64,000 nucleotides of DNA from Octopus bimaculoides. Taxonomy: Eukaryota. Positions 36,160 to 48,704 of this stretch are shown here, piece after piece; positions within the stretch are counted from its first letter, which is position 1; each line of letters opens with the position of its first letter. Made by a program: the position numbers and the translations under genes. The stretch lies in the NCBI RefSeq assembly GCF_001194135.2, contig NC_068990.1, positions 16,426,276 through 16,490,275 of the forward strand, read 5' to 3'. The notes beneath the pieces were generated by a model. That model saw only the letters and a program-made list of their open reading frames with translations. It did no database searches and was not told where the DNA came from.

Positions 36160-37019
36160 ATGTCTGTCTGTCTGTCTAGTTGTCTTTCTCTGCCTCTCTT
36201 TTATTCTCTCTCACAAATTTGGGACATAGACATATATAAGATTTGTCAGATCTTTAGAAAGCTACAATATTAAGGAACTCATAACCATGTTGCTTATGAC
36301 CTAAAAGGTTTTGAGGCAGAACAGATCTGTATAGTAATACAATTAACTGATTCTTACAATTAATTCTGAGAGGAATAATCAGTAAGTCATTTTGCAGCAT
36401 GTTTTTGATATTAATATTACTAGTGGTATCTATCTCTGTTTTTGTTTAGCTATCAAATCAGCTTTGCTCAAACAGACCTATGATCACAAAGCATTCTAGT
36501 CATGACACTCTTGTTTCTTTTTATTTTTTTGTAGATATAATGTATCCAACATACCTTTCTTAAGACATTATGGTACAATTTGAGGGAGATATAGTCACTA
36601 ATTCAAGCAGGTCAACTTCTTATGTAGAGCTATCTTTGTTGGCTCTTTAAGATCACAGGAGAATTTAGTATTGCAAATTAATGAATTTTTCACTACCTTT
36701 GTGCTTTGAATTACATTTTCCAATGGTGTGTATTTGTAAATTGGTGAAGTGAATTAGCAAGAGCTTTGTCTCTGACATAGAAACCATCATTTACATGAAT
36801 TGTCACAATATCCGTCTTTTTGTCAGTAGGCCAAAACATCGATCAAATTTGCTTAGCATTCATTATATACTTTAGTCACAAAAATTTCCTTTACAAACAA
36901 TAATAAATAACAAACATTGCTAAATTTTTGTTGATCTACTAATTTTTCTTTTTATCTACTCAAAATTATCTATCTATGCTTGCTCCATTTTTAATTTAAA
37001 AAATGCAAAATAAAAGAAA

Positions 37020-37160
37020 ATATGATTTCAACACTGTTGATAAGCATGGGAAATTACCCATCTGCTTTCTTCAATTATCCACTATATTCATTCTGAAGAT
37101 ATATTTAAAAGAACAACACAACACCTTTTGCTCCTGAATGCTTCACTAAACACAACCAAA
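37020..37160 (+). promoter_or_regulatory. Proximal promoter/5' UTR of LPMO copy 2
   Basis: Colinear with 18925-19065. GATAAG at 37039, palindrome at 37046-37061, TATA-like element. Confidence 0.7.
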
Positions 37161-37325
37161 ATGCTGTTGGTTTATTCTAGTTTGGTGTTTTACGCTGGTT
37201 TATTTCTGGGTGTCGAAGGTCATGGTCGACTGATGGACCCTCCTTCCCGGTCTAGTATGTGGCGTTTGGGGTTCAAGACTCCAGTCAACTATGATGATAT
37301 TGAACTGTATTGTGGTGGAATATCG
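37161..37325 (+). CDS. AA15-type LPMO copy 2, exon 1
   Basis: Identical signal peptide, HGRLMDPPSRSSMWR; donor GTaaat; 165 nt, phase 0. Confidence 0.92.
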
Positions 37326-37426
37326 GTAAATTATTTTCTGTTTGTGTTAATCTCGGTCCCAGTTCTTTCCTTTATGCTTAAATTTGTTTATTTTACTAAA
37401 TTCTAGACATCACAATATGCAACCGT

Positions 37427-37662
37427 ATGGATGCAATTAACACTGGATAAGATGAGTCTCTGTCATCGGGGTAGAGAAGATCTTACATTTCAGATCTTAA
37501 TGCAGAGAAGTTAGAGCCTGGTTCAAGCAAACTATATCGAATGATAGGGAACATAAAGATTTGTTTAAGATAAACAATTGTACAGCATTAAGATCTGAAA
37601 TGTTAAGATCTCTTCTAGCCTGATGATGGATGCTCATCTCATCCAATGTTCATTGCTTCCAT
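37427..37662. mobile_element. Fold-back MITE in intron 1 of LPMO copy 2
   Basis: Imperfect arms of about 75 bp (atggatgcaattaacactggataagatgag...agatcttacatttcagatcttaatgc and its inverse); absent from intron 1 of copy 1. Confidence 0.75.
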
Positions 37663-38830
37663 TACTACATCTACCAACATTATTATGGATTTCCAAGCCC
37701 CCAGAAACAGCTGTTGAACTTATAACACCTTACTTCCTCTCCTTTAATTTTTTTTGTCATTTGTACTCTGTGTAAGTTGGATCTATTAATATAAATATTT
37801 TTATACTTAAAAATTCATCATCAGAAAGTTTTCACCTTTTGCTTTCTCTTGTTATGCATGAATACATATATTCATATTTTGTATTTCAAAGCAAACTATT
37901 ATATTTACTATATTTAATATATTTAATGTGTCTAATTTGTTTATCTGTATAATTACTTCTATACTCGCTGAACTTGATTCTTCTTATAGCCTTTCTTGTG
38001 GAATCAATCTTCTGCAAACACATTAGAGTCTAAGTTTGAATCTTTTGAGCACTACTAAGTTTCATCTATATGGAGAATCTGTGGATCTCATCTGTGGACA
38101 ATATATATATATATATATATATCAACATCCTCATCCTCATCATCATCATTTAATATCTGTTTTCCATGCTGACATGGGTAGGATAATATTTTAATGATGT
38201 TCTAATCCTTCAATAAAGTGAGGATGCAATAAACATATAAAATGCTTAAAAGTTCATTGGGGAGAAATTAAATTTTCATGATCTTTGAGTATAACATACT
38301 ATCCTCATTTTGATAAAGTTCATTAAAACAAAAAATACAGAAAGGATTATGAATATTAGATTTACAAAAGATTGAGCAACAGGTATCTTCTGAAGTTGAT
38401 CTGGTTGACCACACCACTACCTAATCCAGGTATTAGCAAAGTGGTCTATGTTGACCCCTGGTGTGGAAGTCCATGAGTTCATAAACACCTGAAACAATTT
38501 TGAACATTAAGGGTACTGAATCATTATCAATATAATTTGACTGAACTTTTATTGTTCTTTATCAATTTCACTAAGTATTTTCATTAAATTTCTTTAAATA
38601 TATCTTATTAAAAAGCAGTAATGGCACAAAAGAATGACGGAATTATTGTTTTTAAATCAAGAAATTTTTAATTAAAATATTTGTTAATTTAATCTAGAAG
38701 TTTAAATCATGGGGGTTAATAAGTTATCAATGCTTCCATGAAGAGGTCAGTGGCGTAAAAAGTTTGCCAACCTTTAGCGTAATCAAAATAATTAATTATC
38801 TGACTTTTTCTATCTTTTTATTATTTATAG

Positions 38831-39203
38831 CGTCAATGGGAAAAGAATCATGGAAAATGTGGTATATGTGGTGACCCTTATGATGGCCCAAGAGAGAACG
38901 AAGCAGGTGGTAAATATGCAACTGGAATCATCAGTCGCTATTATCACAAAAACCAAGTCATCACAGTTGATGTTGACCTCAAAAACAATCACCTGGGTTG
39001 GTTTGAGTTCCGCTTGTGTCCAAACAACAATGTAAAGAAACCTGCCACACAAGAGTGCTTGGATAAATATCTTCTCCAAAGTGCTGATGGTAGTGGTAGT
39101 CGTATTAAAATTGGTCGAAAGACTGGCCATATTTACACCAAGTTAAGGTTGCCAGCTGGTCTCACCTGTTCTCAGTGTGTCCTCCAGTGGAAGTATCATA
39201 CAG
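38831..39203 (+). CDS. AA15-type LPMO copy 2, exon 2
   Basis: Acceptor tttatAG, donor GTgagg, 373 nt. GKCGICGDPY, LKNNHLGWFEFRLCP, LPAGLTCSQCVLQWKYHT. Confidence 0.95.
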
Positions 39204-39669
39204 GTGAGGTTTTTAACATAACTTTATTTCTCTTTCTCCAAGTCCCAACTAGCCATCAGTACTCAGTAATTGAGCTGGTTGGCATCCAACCCATTTCCTA
39301 ATATCAATAATCTGTGTGGCCAGTATTTACCTCCAGTTTTCATAGCATTAAGCTACAAATGTGATGTTAATCATACCCTGGATTGAACACTGGTCTACAA
39401 CTAGTAGCTTTACACACAGAAGGAACTGAACTAAGTATTGCTGCAAGCTAACTATTCATTTGTATATTAGCAGTGATGCTGCTACTTGTTCTTAGTCTAC
39501 TGTACTCCTATTTACAGCTAGTATGACTGAACCATTTGAGAATTAAGTGTTTTGGTCACAGTTATAATAAAGGTTCTATGATAGGAAATGGAAAGGACAA
39601 TATATCAACTAGTTGTCTGCTGCCCTGTCTTCACAGCCATCCACACTCTCTTAGAATAACTGTCTTTTA

Positions 39670-40320
39670 GGCAGTGAGCTGGCTGAAGAGTTAGAACCTT
39701 GGAAAAAATACTTTCCAGTATATGATCTGGCTCTTCACATTCTATGTTCAAATACCATCAAAATTAATTTTAACTTTCATCTTTTCAGGGTTGATAAAAT
39801 AATGTACTAGTCTGTACTGGGGTCAATGTAATCAACTAAACCCCACCACTTCCATTAAAATTGTTGGCCTTGTGTCTGAATCAGAAACCATTATTAAGGC
39901 AGCAATCTGGTAAAATCATTAGCAACATTTCTTTCAGCTCTTTACATTCTGAGTCCAAATTGCACTAAGGTTAACTTTGCCCTTCATCCTCTCAGGGTTG
40001 ATAGAATAATGTATCAGTCTAGTAATGGAGTTGATGTAACTGACTAACCAATGCTCCTCTTAAAATTGATAACTCTGAGTAGGAACTAAAAAGTATTATT
40101 ATAATTTTTGTTTAAGTTATTGAACTTGCAAAATAATTAGTGCATCAGAGAAAATGCCTTGGGGAATTCTTTCCAGCTCCTTCTATTCTGAGTTCAAATC
40201 ATATTGATGTCAACTTTGACTTTCATCCCCTCCAGGGTCAACAGAATAAAATACCAGTTTAGCAGTTAATTCCCCTTTCCACAAAACTGCTAACCTTGTA
40301 CCTAAATTAGAAACAATTAT
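39670..40320 (+). mobile_element. Cluster of three SINE family B copies in LPMO2 intron 2
   Basis: Repeated ttctgagttcaaat...ctttcatcc...gttgata..ataatgtac units with TTA tails. Confidence 0.7.
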
Positions 40321-40684
40321 TATTATTATTGTTTCGACTTTGAAGATGAAAGAGATGTATCTGATTGCATTTAGGATTCAGCAGTTTATATTGTATCATC
40401 TGTGCTGTGCTTACATTCTGTGTTAAGCGGCAAAATATTTCTATATCCAAAAGAGATGACAAAGGACTGAGATATGTGGTGCATTGCTGTGCTCAAGAAA
40501 ACCTGTCCACTACAACAAAACTGATATCCTAAAATGATGATGATGAGGAGGAGGAGGATAATGATGATGATGATGAATAACTGATATAAGCATTGGTTGG
40601 TTGGTTGGTTGGTTGATTTCTCCAGTCAAGCTTCACATCATGTAGAAAGAAGGTAAAAGAGAGACAGAGAGAGAGTTAACATAA

Positions 40685-41712
40685 GAGATGCTAGTAACAA
40701 AGGGCCTCTTGCTCAGAGTGAAAGGTAGACTGTATGATGCATGTGTGCAAACAGCCATGCTACACAGCAGTGAAACACGGGCCATGACTGTTGAGAACAT
40801 ACATAGGCTTGTAAGAAATGAAGCTAGTATGATCCGCTGGATGTGTAATGTCAGTGTGCACACACGACAGAGTGTTAGTACCCTGAGAGAAATGTTGGAC
40901 ATAAGAAGCATCAGATGTGGTGTACAAAAGAGATGACTGTGCTGGTATGGTCAAGTGCTGTGTATGGATGAGGAGAGCTGTGTGAAGAAGCGACACACTC
41001 TAACAGTGGAAGGAACCTGTGGAAGAGAGAGACTCAGAAAGACATAGGATGAGGCGGTGAAGCACGACCTTCAAACGGGCCTCACAGAGGCAATGACAAG
41101 AGACCAAGACCTTTGGAACTATGCTGTGATTGAGAAAACCTGGCAAGTAAAATGAGGTTACCAGTGTCGCATAACCAGTCCATTTAAAAGTACCTTTGAA
41201 TCATCGGGTGATACGCTGCACTACAGAAGACCTATTAAGTCAAGTAAAATCAAAAATCAAAAGCAAACCAAGATTGAAATCAAAATGGAAATTGTACTTG
41301 TGGCCGATGCCAGTGCTGTCTGACTGGCACCCATGCTGGTGGCATATGTAATAAGCACCATTCAAGCATGGGTCAATGCCAGTGCCACCTTACTGGCTCC
41401 CCGTGCCGGTGGCACGTAAAAAGCACCATCCAAACGTGGTCAATGCCAGTCTTCCACCGACTGGCTCCTGTGCTGGTGGCACTTAAAAAGCATCACCCAA
41501 ATGTAGTCGATGCCAGTGCCGCCTGACTGGCTCCTGTGCCAATGGCACATAAAAAACACCCACTACACTCTTGGAGTGGTTGGCATTAGGAAGGGCATCC
41601 AACTGTAGAAACCTTATCAGATCAGATTGGAGCCTGGCGCAGCCTACTGGTTTGCCAGTCTCCAGTGAAACCATCCAACCCATGCCAGCATGAAAAACGG
41701 ACGTTAAACAAC

Positions 41713-41762
<50 letters not shown>
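40685..41762 (+). mobile_element. 5'-truncated RTE LINE with repeat-containing 3' UTR and (GAT)n tail
   Basis: KGRLYDACVQTAMLHSSET, RNEASMIRWMC; about 60-bp tandem units tgccagtgcc..actggctcctgtgc..ggtggcac in the UTR. Confidence 0.85.
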
Positions 41763-41763
<1 letters not shown>

Positions 41764-42699
41764 AGGCTTAGTGGCAGGCAACAAGTAAAGGAACACTATA
41801 CACACACAGTAAGAAAGAAATAAACATAGGAAGGAGGAGGAGGACGAGGACGAGGACAACGACGAGGACGACGACAACGACTGAATTTTGTGTTTTACTT
41901 ACATGCAGCTTGTTTAACTAATTATTTAATTGTCAAATTATATCACAAGCATGATTAGAAAGTTGAGCCAGTTCAATTTGGTCATAGTTTCCCAAAATGT
42001 AACAGTGAAATTCTATCAAACAGTAATGAGAACAGAACCTTGTACCTTGGTGTCCATTCCTGCATTGTTGTTCATATAGTGGTTGTTTAGATAATTATTG
42101 CTAATTATCTAATTCTGTTTGTAGTTTCACAAATCTGCTAGGATAATCAAGAGGATGATACAGAAATGTGTGCTTTTAAAAGAGTAGAATGTAGGAAGAA
42201 AGAAATAGAAATCCCCTGCCCCATCAATGTCTTATGGTTGAAGACTGGTTTCTGTCATGATATAATTTGTTATTAAGATGAGATACATGAGACCTCAACA
42301 TTGCTTCCTTCAAATAAGGACTTGAGCTTTACACTGCATGTTGACAAAATACTTTCTTTAGTAAACTGACAATACTTTCTGGTACAATTTTACAATCAAA
42401 TGAACTAGGCTGCTACGGAATTATCTTGTTTATGGATACAATATAGTATAGCCTTAATGACAAATGCAAACAGCTGATGTTTGACATCTCTGATGCTCTG
42501 ACACCATATTCCATTCAGCAGTAACAAACAAAATAGTACTTTACTTTAAAACATTAGTCACTGAAATATAGTTAAATAATACTCAATATTTGATATTAAA
42601 CTGTATAAGTGAAATAGAAAAATATCTACATGTGTAGTGATTGATGAAACTTGAACTACACTTTTATTGCTTGACAAGTGACCATGTCATCAATTATAC

Positions 42700-43090
42700 T
42701 ACAGATTATCTCTGATACTTGGCAGATATTTTATTTTATTGACCTTGAAAGGATAAAAGTAAAGTCAACTTCAGTGAGATTTGAACACAGAGTGTAAAGA
42801 GCTGGAAAAAAACAGCAAAGTATTTTTTCTGATACTCTTACAATGCTGTCAGCTTGATACCTTAACACCAGCTCAGTAATAATAATTCTTACTAATTTTG
42901 GCACAAAGCCAGCAATTTTGAGGGAAAAGGGAAGTCAATTCTATCAACCTAAGCAATTGACTGGTACTTTATTTTATCTATCTCAAAATAGATGAAAAGC
43001 AAAGTCAACCTCAACCAAATTTGAACTCAGAATATAATGAGTTGGAAGAAATACTGCAAAGTATTTTTCTTAACACTCTAAAAATTCTGT
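42700..43090 (-). mobile_element. Two SINE family B copies
   Basis: Reverse complement of the family B core. Confidence 0.65.
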
Positions 43091-43503
43091 TGGTTTGCTT
43101 GATTAATTATTCTTAAATTAGTTATTGTCATTTGTTTCTGCTATTTTAACTATAATAATTCATCTCCTCAAGATAACAATATGTCAGATAGTGCTAGCAA
43201 GATAGGTTATTCTTCTAATATGCAATGTAGTGAGTATTTCCTACTTTGGTTTGATTTTACAAGAAAAATCTCATGAACTGGATAATGAATAATGATTGAT
43301 AACTGCTTAGAGAAACTGCCAGTGAGCCTGTTTGTCTTTGGTGTTTCCAATCAGTACTTATAGTAATGTCAGATTAAAATATTAACATCCTGACAGGGAA
43401 TAACTGAGAAAAACACATAAAAAATATATAATCTTATAAATGAATATAAAAATAAATTAAGAAAAACATATAAAATTATATTTTAAAAACTGCCTTTTTT
43501 TAG

Positions 43504-43817
43504 GTAACACATGGGGTAGAGGAGACAACTGTGTTGGAATGGGATGTTCTGAAGCACAAGAAGAATTCTATGGTTGTGCAGACATAGGCATCTTGGACAA
43601 AGGTGCACCAATTCCATCAACAATACGTCCACGAACTCACAGACCTCATATCCGCATCACTACCAGCCATGTACAAAAACCATCACAGCCTACAAGACGC
43701 CCTGCAAGCTACAAGAATTGCCATGCTATTGGTTCCTGGGTCGGTATCTATGATAATTGGTGCAAAGACTTCTGCCCAAAAGGTAGCTGCCCATCAAATA
43801 TGTGTCGTTGTGACTGA
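43504..43817 (+). CDS. AA15-type LPMO copy 2, exon 3; full protein 283 aa
   Basis: Acceptor tttttAG, phase 1. GNTWGRGDNCVGMGCSEAQEEFYGCADI, shorter linker, CHAIGSWVGIYDNWCKDFCPKGSCPSNMCRCD, TGA; AATAAA at 43825. Confidence 0.93.
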
Positions 43818-44197
43818 ATTCTGGAATAAAATGATTTCTGTATTATTATTGTTATTATTTATTTTTAATCTGCATGTTTGTTACAATCACTTACAGAGAC
43901 ACACACAGCTTGGGGAGGGAAAGTGGCAGGGGCAGTAGTGAAATATTTTCATCTAATACAACACAGACATTTAAACTGATGGGGTTTTTCTAAGAATGTG
44001 GGCTCAAGCATTCTGGATTATTATTCTAATTTTTTTTTTACTTAATTTTTGAAAGCAGTCTGGTTCATTATTAGTATTCTCGTTTGTGAGAGCAGTTGAG
44101 TTTATTTCAGATATTCTCATTTTAAAAATCGTTTCTGGCTAATCGTTGAGAGGACGTTGGTGTTGCCTTGGCGGAGGTTTGTACACCCTGAGTGCTC

Positions 44198-44209
44198 TTG
44201 TTATTATTA

Positions 44210-44249
<40 letters not shown>

Positions 44250-44700
44250 TATTATTACTATTAATACCATTAACACTATTACTAAAGAAATCATTATTAT
44301 TACTATTATTTTAACTCAGATTTTGTTGGAACTCCTGAGATCTTGCATGAGTAGCAGGTTTGCTAACTGCAGCCTATGGTACCATGCTATTTGTTCTCTT
44401 CAACCTTCTAAAACTTTCCTTATTATTTCTTTTCTGTTTATTGAAACAAAGCTCAGATTTGGTCTTATTCCTGGTAGGAATTATGTGGGTAGTGGGTTAC
44501 TAGTCAAGTACTTAGGGCAACTAATCAATTACCCACAAAATTGCTTCACTTGTGCTTTAATCAGAAATAATTTGTGGGTTGTACTTGAGATTTATTAACA
44601 AACAGCAGTTGTTTGTGGCTGAGGTATTTTCTGAAAATTTTTCAATATAGCTTTTGTTCTGTTATGGCTACAAGATCACTAAGAGAGAAAGATCATTAAT
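44198..44700 (-). mobile_element. Second R4/Dong-like 3' end with TAA-rich tail
   Basis: Minus-strand ...FLPGIRPN...IIRKVLEG-stop, followed by a degenerate (TAA)n at about 44198-44310. Confidence 0.5.
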
Positions 44701-45400
44701 GATTGTGAAGCCTCGCACTTGAAACTACTTTGAGGTATTTCATTAATGACTTGAGACAATGAGATGAAAGATTGTTTTCTTCATTCACATGTGCATTAAC
44801 TGACTCTTTTATTGCTGTTGAACATGACAAAATAATCATGTGGTGAAATTGCAGTAATTTAGGGCATTTTTCAGGAAAGTTACATTATCTTATGTTATTT
44901 TTTCACTTAAACTAGCAGTCAGCACATCTTTTCATATCTCCATGACTGTGTTGTTAGATATATCCTTCCTTCTTTAAAGTGCAAGAGTGTAATTTGAGGA
45001 GATGTAGTTGCAATTTCTAACAGGTTGTGATGTCATAGACACTGCCTCATTGGCCTTATAGTTCTGGTAGGTTGTTGGGATGGGTATTTAAGATGATTAT
45101 TGGTATTTCTTTAGGAATAACACCCACCAATAAATTACCTACTTCCAAATGAGTGGCAAACTCAGATTAAACAACTTCACTATGCTACAGTGAACCAGGT
45201 TAAACTACACCAAAAAGGTTTTATTGAATTTAGTGTGAACAATGGATTAACAACTCATTACATTCATTAATTATTCCAGGCTTACAGCCTAGGATTTCAG
45301 GTGTTTCTCTGCAGCATAAATTACAACTGCCTCCACCCCTTTATATGGAAATGCTGTCCATATAATTGACTACAAAATCTGACACAGAAATTAGAAATTA

Positions 45401-45497
45401 GGCGAGGAGCTTGCGACGACGACGGCGGCAGCGGAACAGCGCGCGACTGCCGAAGCCCGTCTTCTGCGGTTAGGGTTAGGGTTAGGGTTAGGGTTAG
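45401..45497 (+). repeat. CpG-dense 70-bp block joined to an interstitial (TTAGGG)4+ array
   Basis: About 13 CpG in 45401-45470, then GG(TTAGGG)4TTAG. Confidence 0.85.
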
Positions 45498-45802
45498 TAT
45501 TCTTTATTGGGTGTTTGGTATTGGTAACTCAAAAAGTAATTACACATATAGTTACACATACTTGGTTCATTGGGTAATGAAGAATTATTGGTTATATTGT
45601 TACTAAAGCTATTAGTAAGAAGAGGCACAAAACCAGTTGTAATATTCATGTTAGATCAAGTTATATTATAAAAGATGAGTAAAAAACGGACAAGCTATTA
45701 GATAATTAGAATCCTGCATGTAATTCCTAATGTTGTTTAATAATTAATTAATTATTAATAGTAACTATATTACCACCTACATTAGGAATGATAGGGTACT
45801 CA

Positions 45803-46905
45803 TCATCATCATCATCATCATCGTTTAACGTCCGCTTTCCATGCCAGCATGGGTTGGACGATTTGACTGAGGACTGGTGAAACCGGATGGCAACACCAGG
45901 CTCCAGTCTGATTTGGCAGAGTTTCTACAGCTGGATGCCCTTCCTAACGCCAACCACTCAGAGAGTGTAGTGGGTGCTTTTACGTGTCACCCGCACGAAA
46001 ACGGCCACGCTCGAAATGGTGTTTTTTATGTGCCNNNNNNNNNNNNNNNNNNNNNNNNNNNNNNNNNNNNNNNNNNNNNNNNNNNNNNNNNNNNNNNNNN
46101 NNNNNNNNNNNNNNNNNNNNNNNNNNNNNNNNNNNNNNNNNNNNNNNNNNNNNNNNNNNNNNNNNNNNNNNNNNNNNNNNNNNNNNNNNNNNNNNNNNNN
46201 NNNNNNNNNNNNNNNNNNNNNNNNNNNNNNNNNNNNNNNNNNNNNNNNNNNNNNNNNNNNNNNNNNNNNNNNNNNNNNNNNNNNNNNNNNNNNNNNNNNN
46301 NNNNNNNNNNNNNNNNNNNNNNNNNNNNNNNNNNNNNNNNNNNNNNNNNNNNNNNNNNNNNNNNNNNNNNNNNNNNNNNNNNNNNNNNNNNNNNNNNNNN
46401 NNNNNNNNNNNNNNNNNNNNNNNNNNNNNNNNNNNNNNNNNNNNNNNNNNNNNNNNNNNNNNNNNNNNNNNNNNNNNNNNNNNNNNNNNNNNNNNNNNNN
46501 NNNNNNNNNNNNNNNNNNNNNNNNNNNNNNNNNNNNNNNNNNNNNNNNNNNNNNNNNNNNNNNNNNNNNCCTTGTGAGCTTACGTATGTCCTCAGCAGTT
46601 ACAGCCCATGTTTCACTGCCATGTAGCATGGTTGTTCGTACGCATGCGTCATACAGTCTGCCTTTTACTCTGAGTGAGAGTCCCTTTGTCGCCAGCAGGG
46701 GTAAGAGCTCTCTAAACTTTGCCCAGGCTATTCTTATTCTAGCAGCTACACTTTCAGCGCACCCACCCCCACTACTAACTTGGTCGCCCAGATAGCGGAA
46801 GCTATCGACTACCTCTAGTTTTTCACCCTGGAATGAGATAGAAGTTGTTTCCTGTTTGTTTGCAGTCTTTATTGCACCTGAACATCTGCTCATGAAGATA
46901 AAGAT
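45803..46905 (-). mobile_element. Young RTE LINE copy (PHD family) spanning an N gap, with (GAT)n tail
   Basis: GEKLEVVDSFRYLGDQVSSGGGCAESVAARIRIAWAKFRELLPLL...LHGSETWAVT intact; CpGs preserved. Confidence 0.9.
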
Positions 46906-47229
46906 ACACTTCCTTAGTTACCCATCATCAGACCAATGATGTCTGGTAACTTGAAACTTCAAAGTCATTGTCACCCTTTTCTCTCTAAAATTAATAATTA
47001 TGTACCCTGTTAAAAAGTATTGAGTAATCCTTACAATTAATGTTAAATTGTTTTTGTATATAACTGGATATAAAAACCAATATTAACGTGTGTGTGTCTG
47101 TGTGTATGTGTGTGTAAACGGAGATGCTTCATTGTCTGGGACGTGTATTAAAAAGATATGATCACCTTAGAAAATGAAGATGGTGCGAAAGAAAGAAAAT
47201 AATACATGAAGAAATCGAAAATGGTCATG

Positions 47230-47990
47230 ATATAGAGGTGTGTAAAGGAGAAAAAGTCAATGAAAAAGACAGACTGTATGAAGATGGGGTGGAGCTGATA
47301 GTATTGGCAGTGGGAAGGATAAACAAGATAGAACTAAAAAGAAGAAAGGCCAAAAAAACAAACGTGAATGAATGTAAGAATGAGGATAAAGAAGAAAGTT
47401 TGAGGAGAAAAGCGACAAGAGGGAAAAAGTAGGAGTAGCAAGATAGTAATAAGAAAGTTATAAAAACAAATATGAAGAAGAAAATAAGATTATAGAAAAG
47501 TTAGGGAGGAGAGAGAAAGAACAGAGATGGAGTTTGAGGAGACAGGCGAGAAAATGGAGAAATAATGGAGAGTGGGAGACAGAATGAGTGAAGTGAGAGG
47601 CAAAAGAGAGAAGAAGAGAATAGAATTAACAGAGAACTGAAAGAATAGGAGGAAAGAAAGAGTAAGAGAGACTGAGAAGGATGTAGAGGAGAGGAAAGAG
47701 GGGTGGAAGAGGAAGGAGAGGTGGAAGAGGAAGGAGAGGTGGAAGAGGAAGGAGAGGTGGAAGAGGGAGAGAGGAGGACTGAGAAAGACGGAGAAAACAA
47801 GATTAGTTCAGAAATGGTAGAATATGAGAAAATAAAAGAGAGAGGAGGAAGAAAAGGAGGAGTGAGAAAGGTGAAGAAAAGAAAGGAAAGAAACGAAAGA
47901 GAAGAGTAAACCTAGAAGAGAATATTAAGGAAGATGGACAGCGAAGATAGAAAGAGAGAAAGAAGTAGGCAACAGATTGAGACATGAAGA
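47230..47990 (+). repeat. Purine-rich low-complexity tract including an 18-bp unit (ggtggaagaggaaggaga) x about 4
   Basis: Direct reading; tandem unit at 47701-47765. Confidence 0.85.
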
Positions 47991-48414
47991 GTTGCTGTTT
48001 TGCTCCAAGTCGACCCAAACAGAGAAGACTTATTAGTTAAAAGGGTATCAGCTGTAATCGTATATTCCTTTATTTTTCTACTTCAGACATAGTTTATCTA
48101 AGACGACATTAAACAACATGTTCTGTTTTTAAAACCGTAGAATTTCATTTGAGAGGGATTTGGCTACTACTTTTAGGAAATCGATCGACCATATAGCGAT
48201 TCCACTCCTTTGTATCAGAGGAAGTTAAAAGTTTGTTGTTGTTTGTTTACTCTCCAAGTCGACCCTCATCGAAGATTCACTGGGCGTGCCATCCTCGTCT
48301 TGGATTCCACATCATTCTTCCTTTACTCAAACAATAATGTGGTTCGAAATAGATTTGGTTGTTATTTCTAGCAGGTGTCATCGACTGTATAGACCCACTT
48401 GTTGGTACATAAAA

Positions 48415-48704
48415 GGGTAAATTTTTTGAGTAACACCCGCACGATTTTCACTAAGGAAAAAAAAAAGAACGCGGATTTTTTGCGTAGAATCAAGTACCCT
48501 GACCTCCTAATATGCTGCAAATCCCTTATTTTGGTTCGGAAAAAAGTGGGGACGGGAGTCCACCCTCGACCCCCTTTTTTCCGAACCAAAATAAGGGATT
48601 TGCAGCATATTAGGAGGTCAGGGTACTTGATTCCACGCAAAAAATCCGCGTTCTTTTTTTTTCCTTAGTGAAAATCGTGCGGGTATTACTCAAAAAATTT
48701 ACCC
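48415..48704. mobile_element. Young near-perfect fold-back element (132-bp arms, 26-bp spacer, 6-bp direct flanks ATAAAA)
   Basis: Arms 48415-48546 and 48573-48704 differ by 2 substitutions and two 1-nt homopolymer indels; ATAAAA at 48409-48414 and 48705-48710. Confidence 0.92.

Noticed and set aside
44165-44202. gccttggcggaggt...ctgagtgct resembling a Helentron/HINE 3' end
   Set aside because: No matching 5' sub-terminal repeat was found upstream, so an element cannot be delimited.
47238-48018. Glu/Lys/Arg-rich or Ser/Leu-rich ORFs
   Set aside because: Translations of a purine-rich low-complexity tract; no splice structure or domain.
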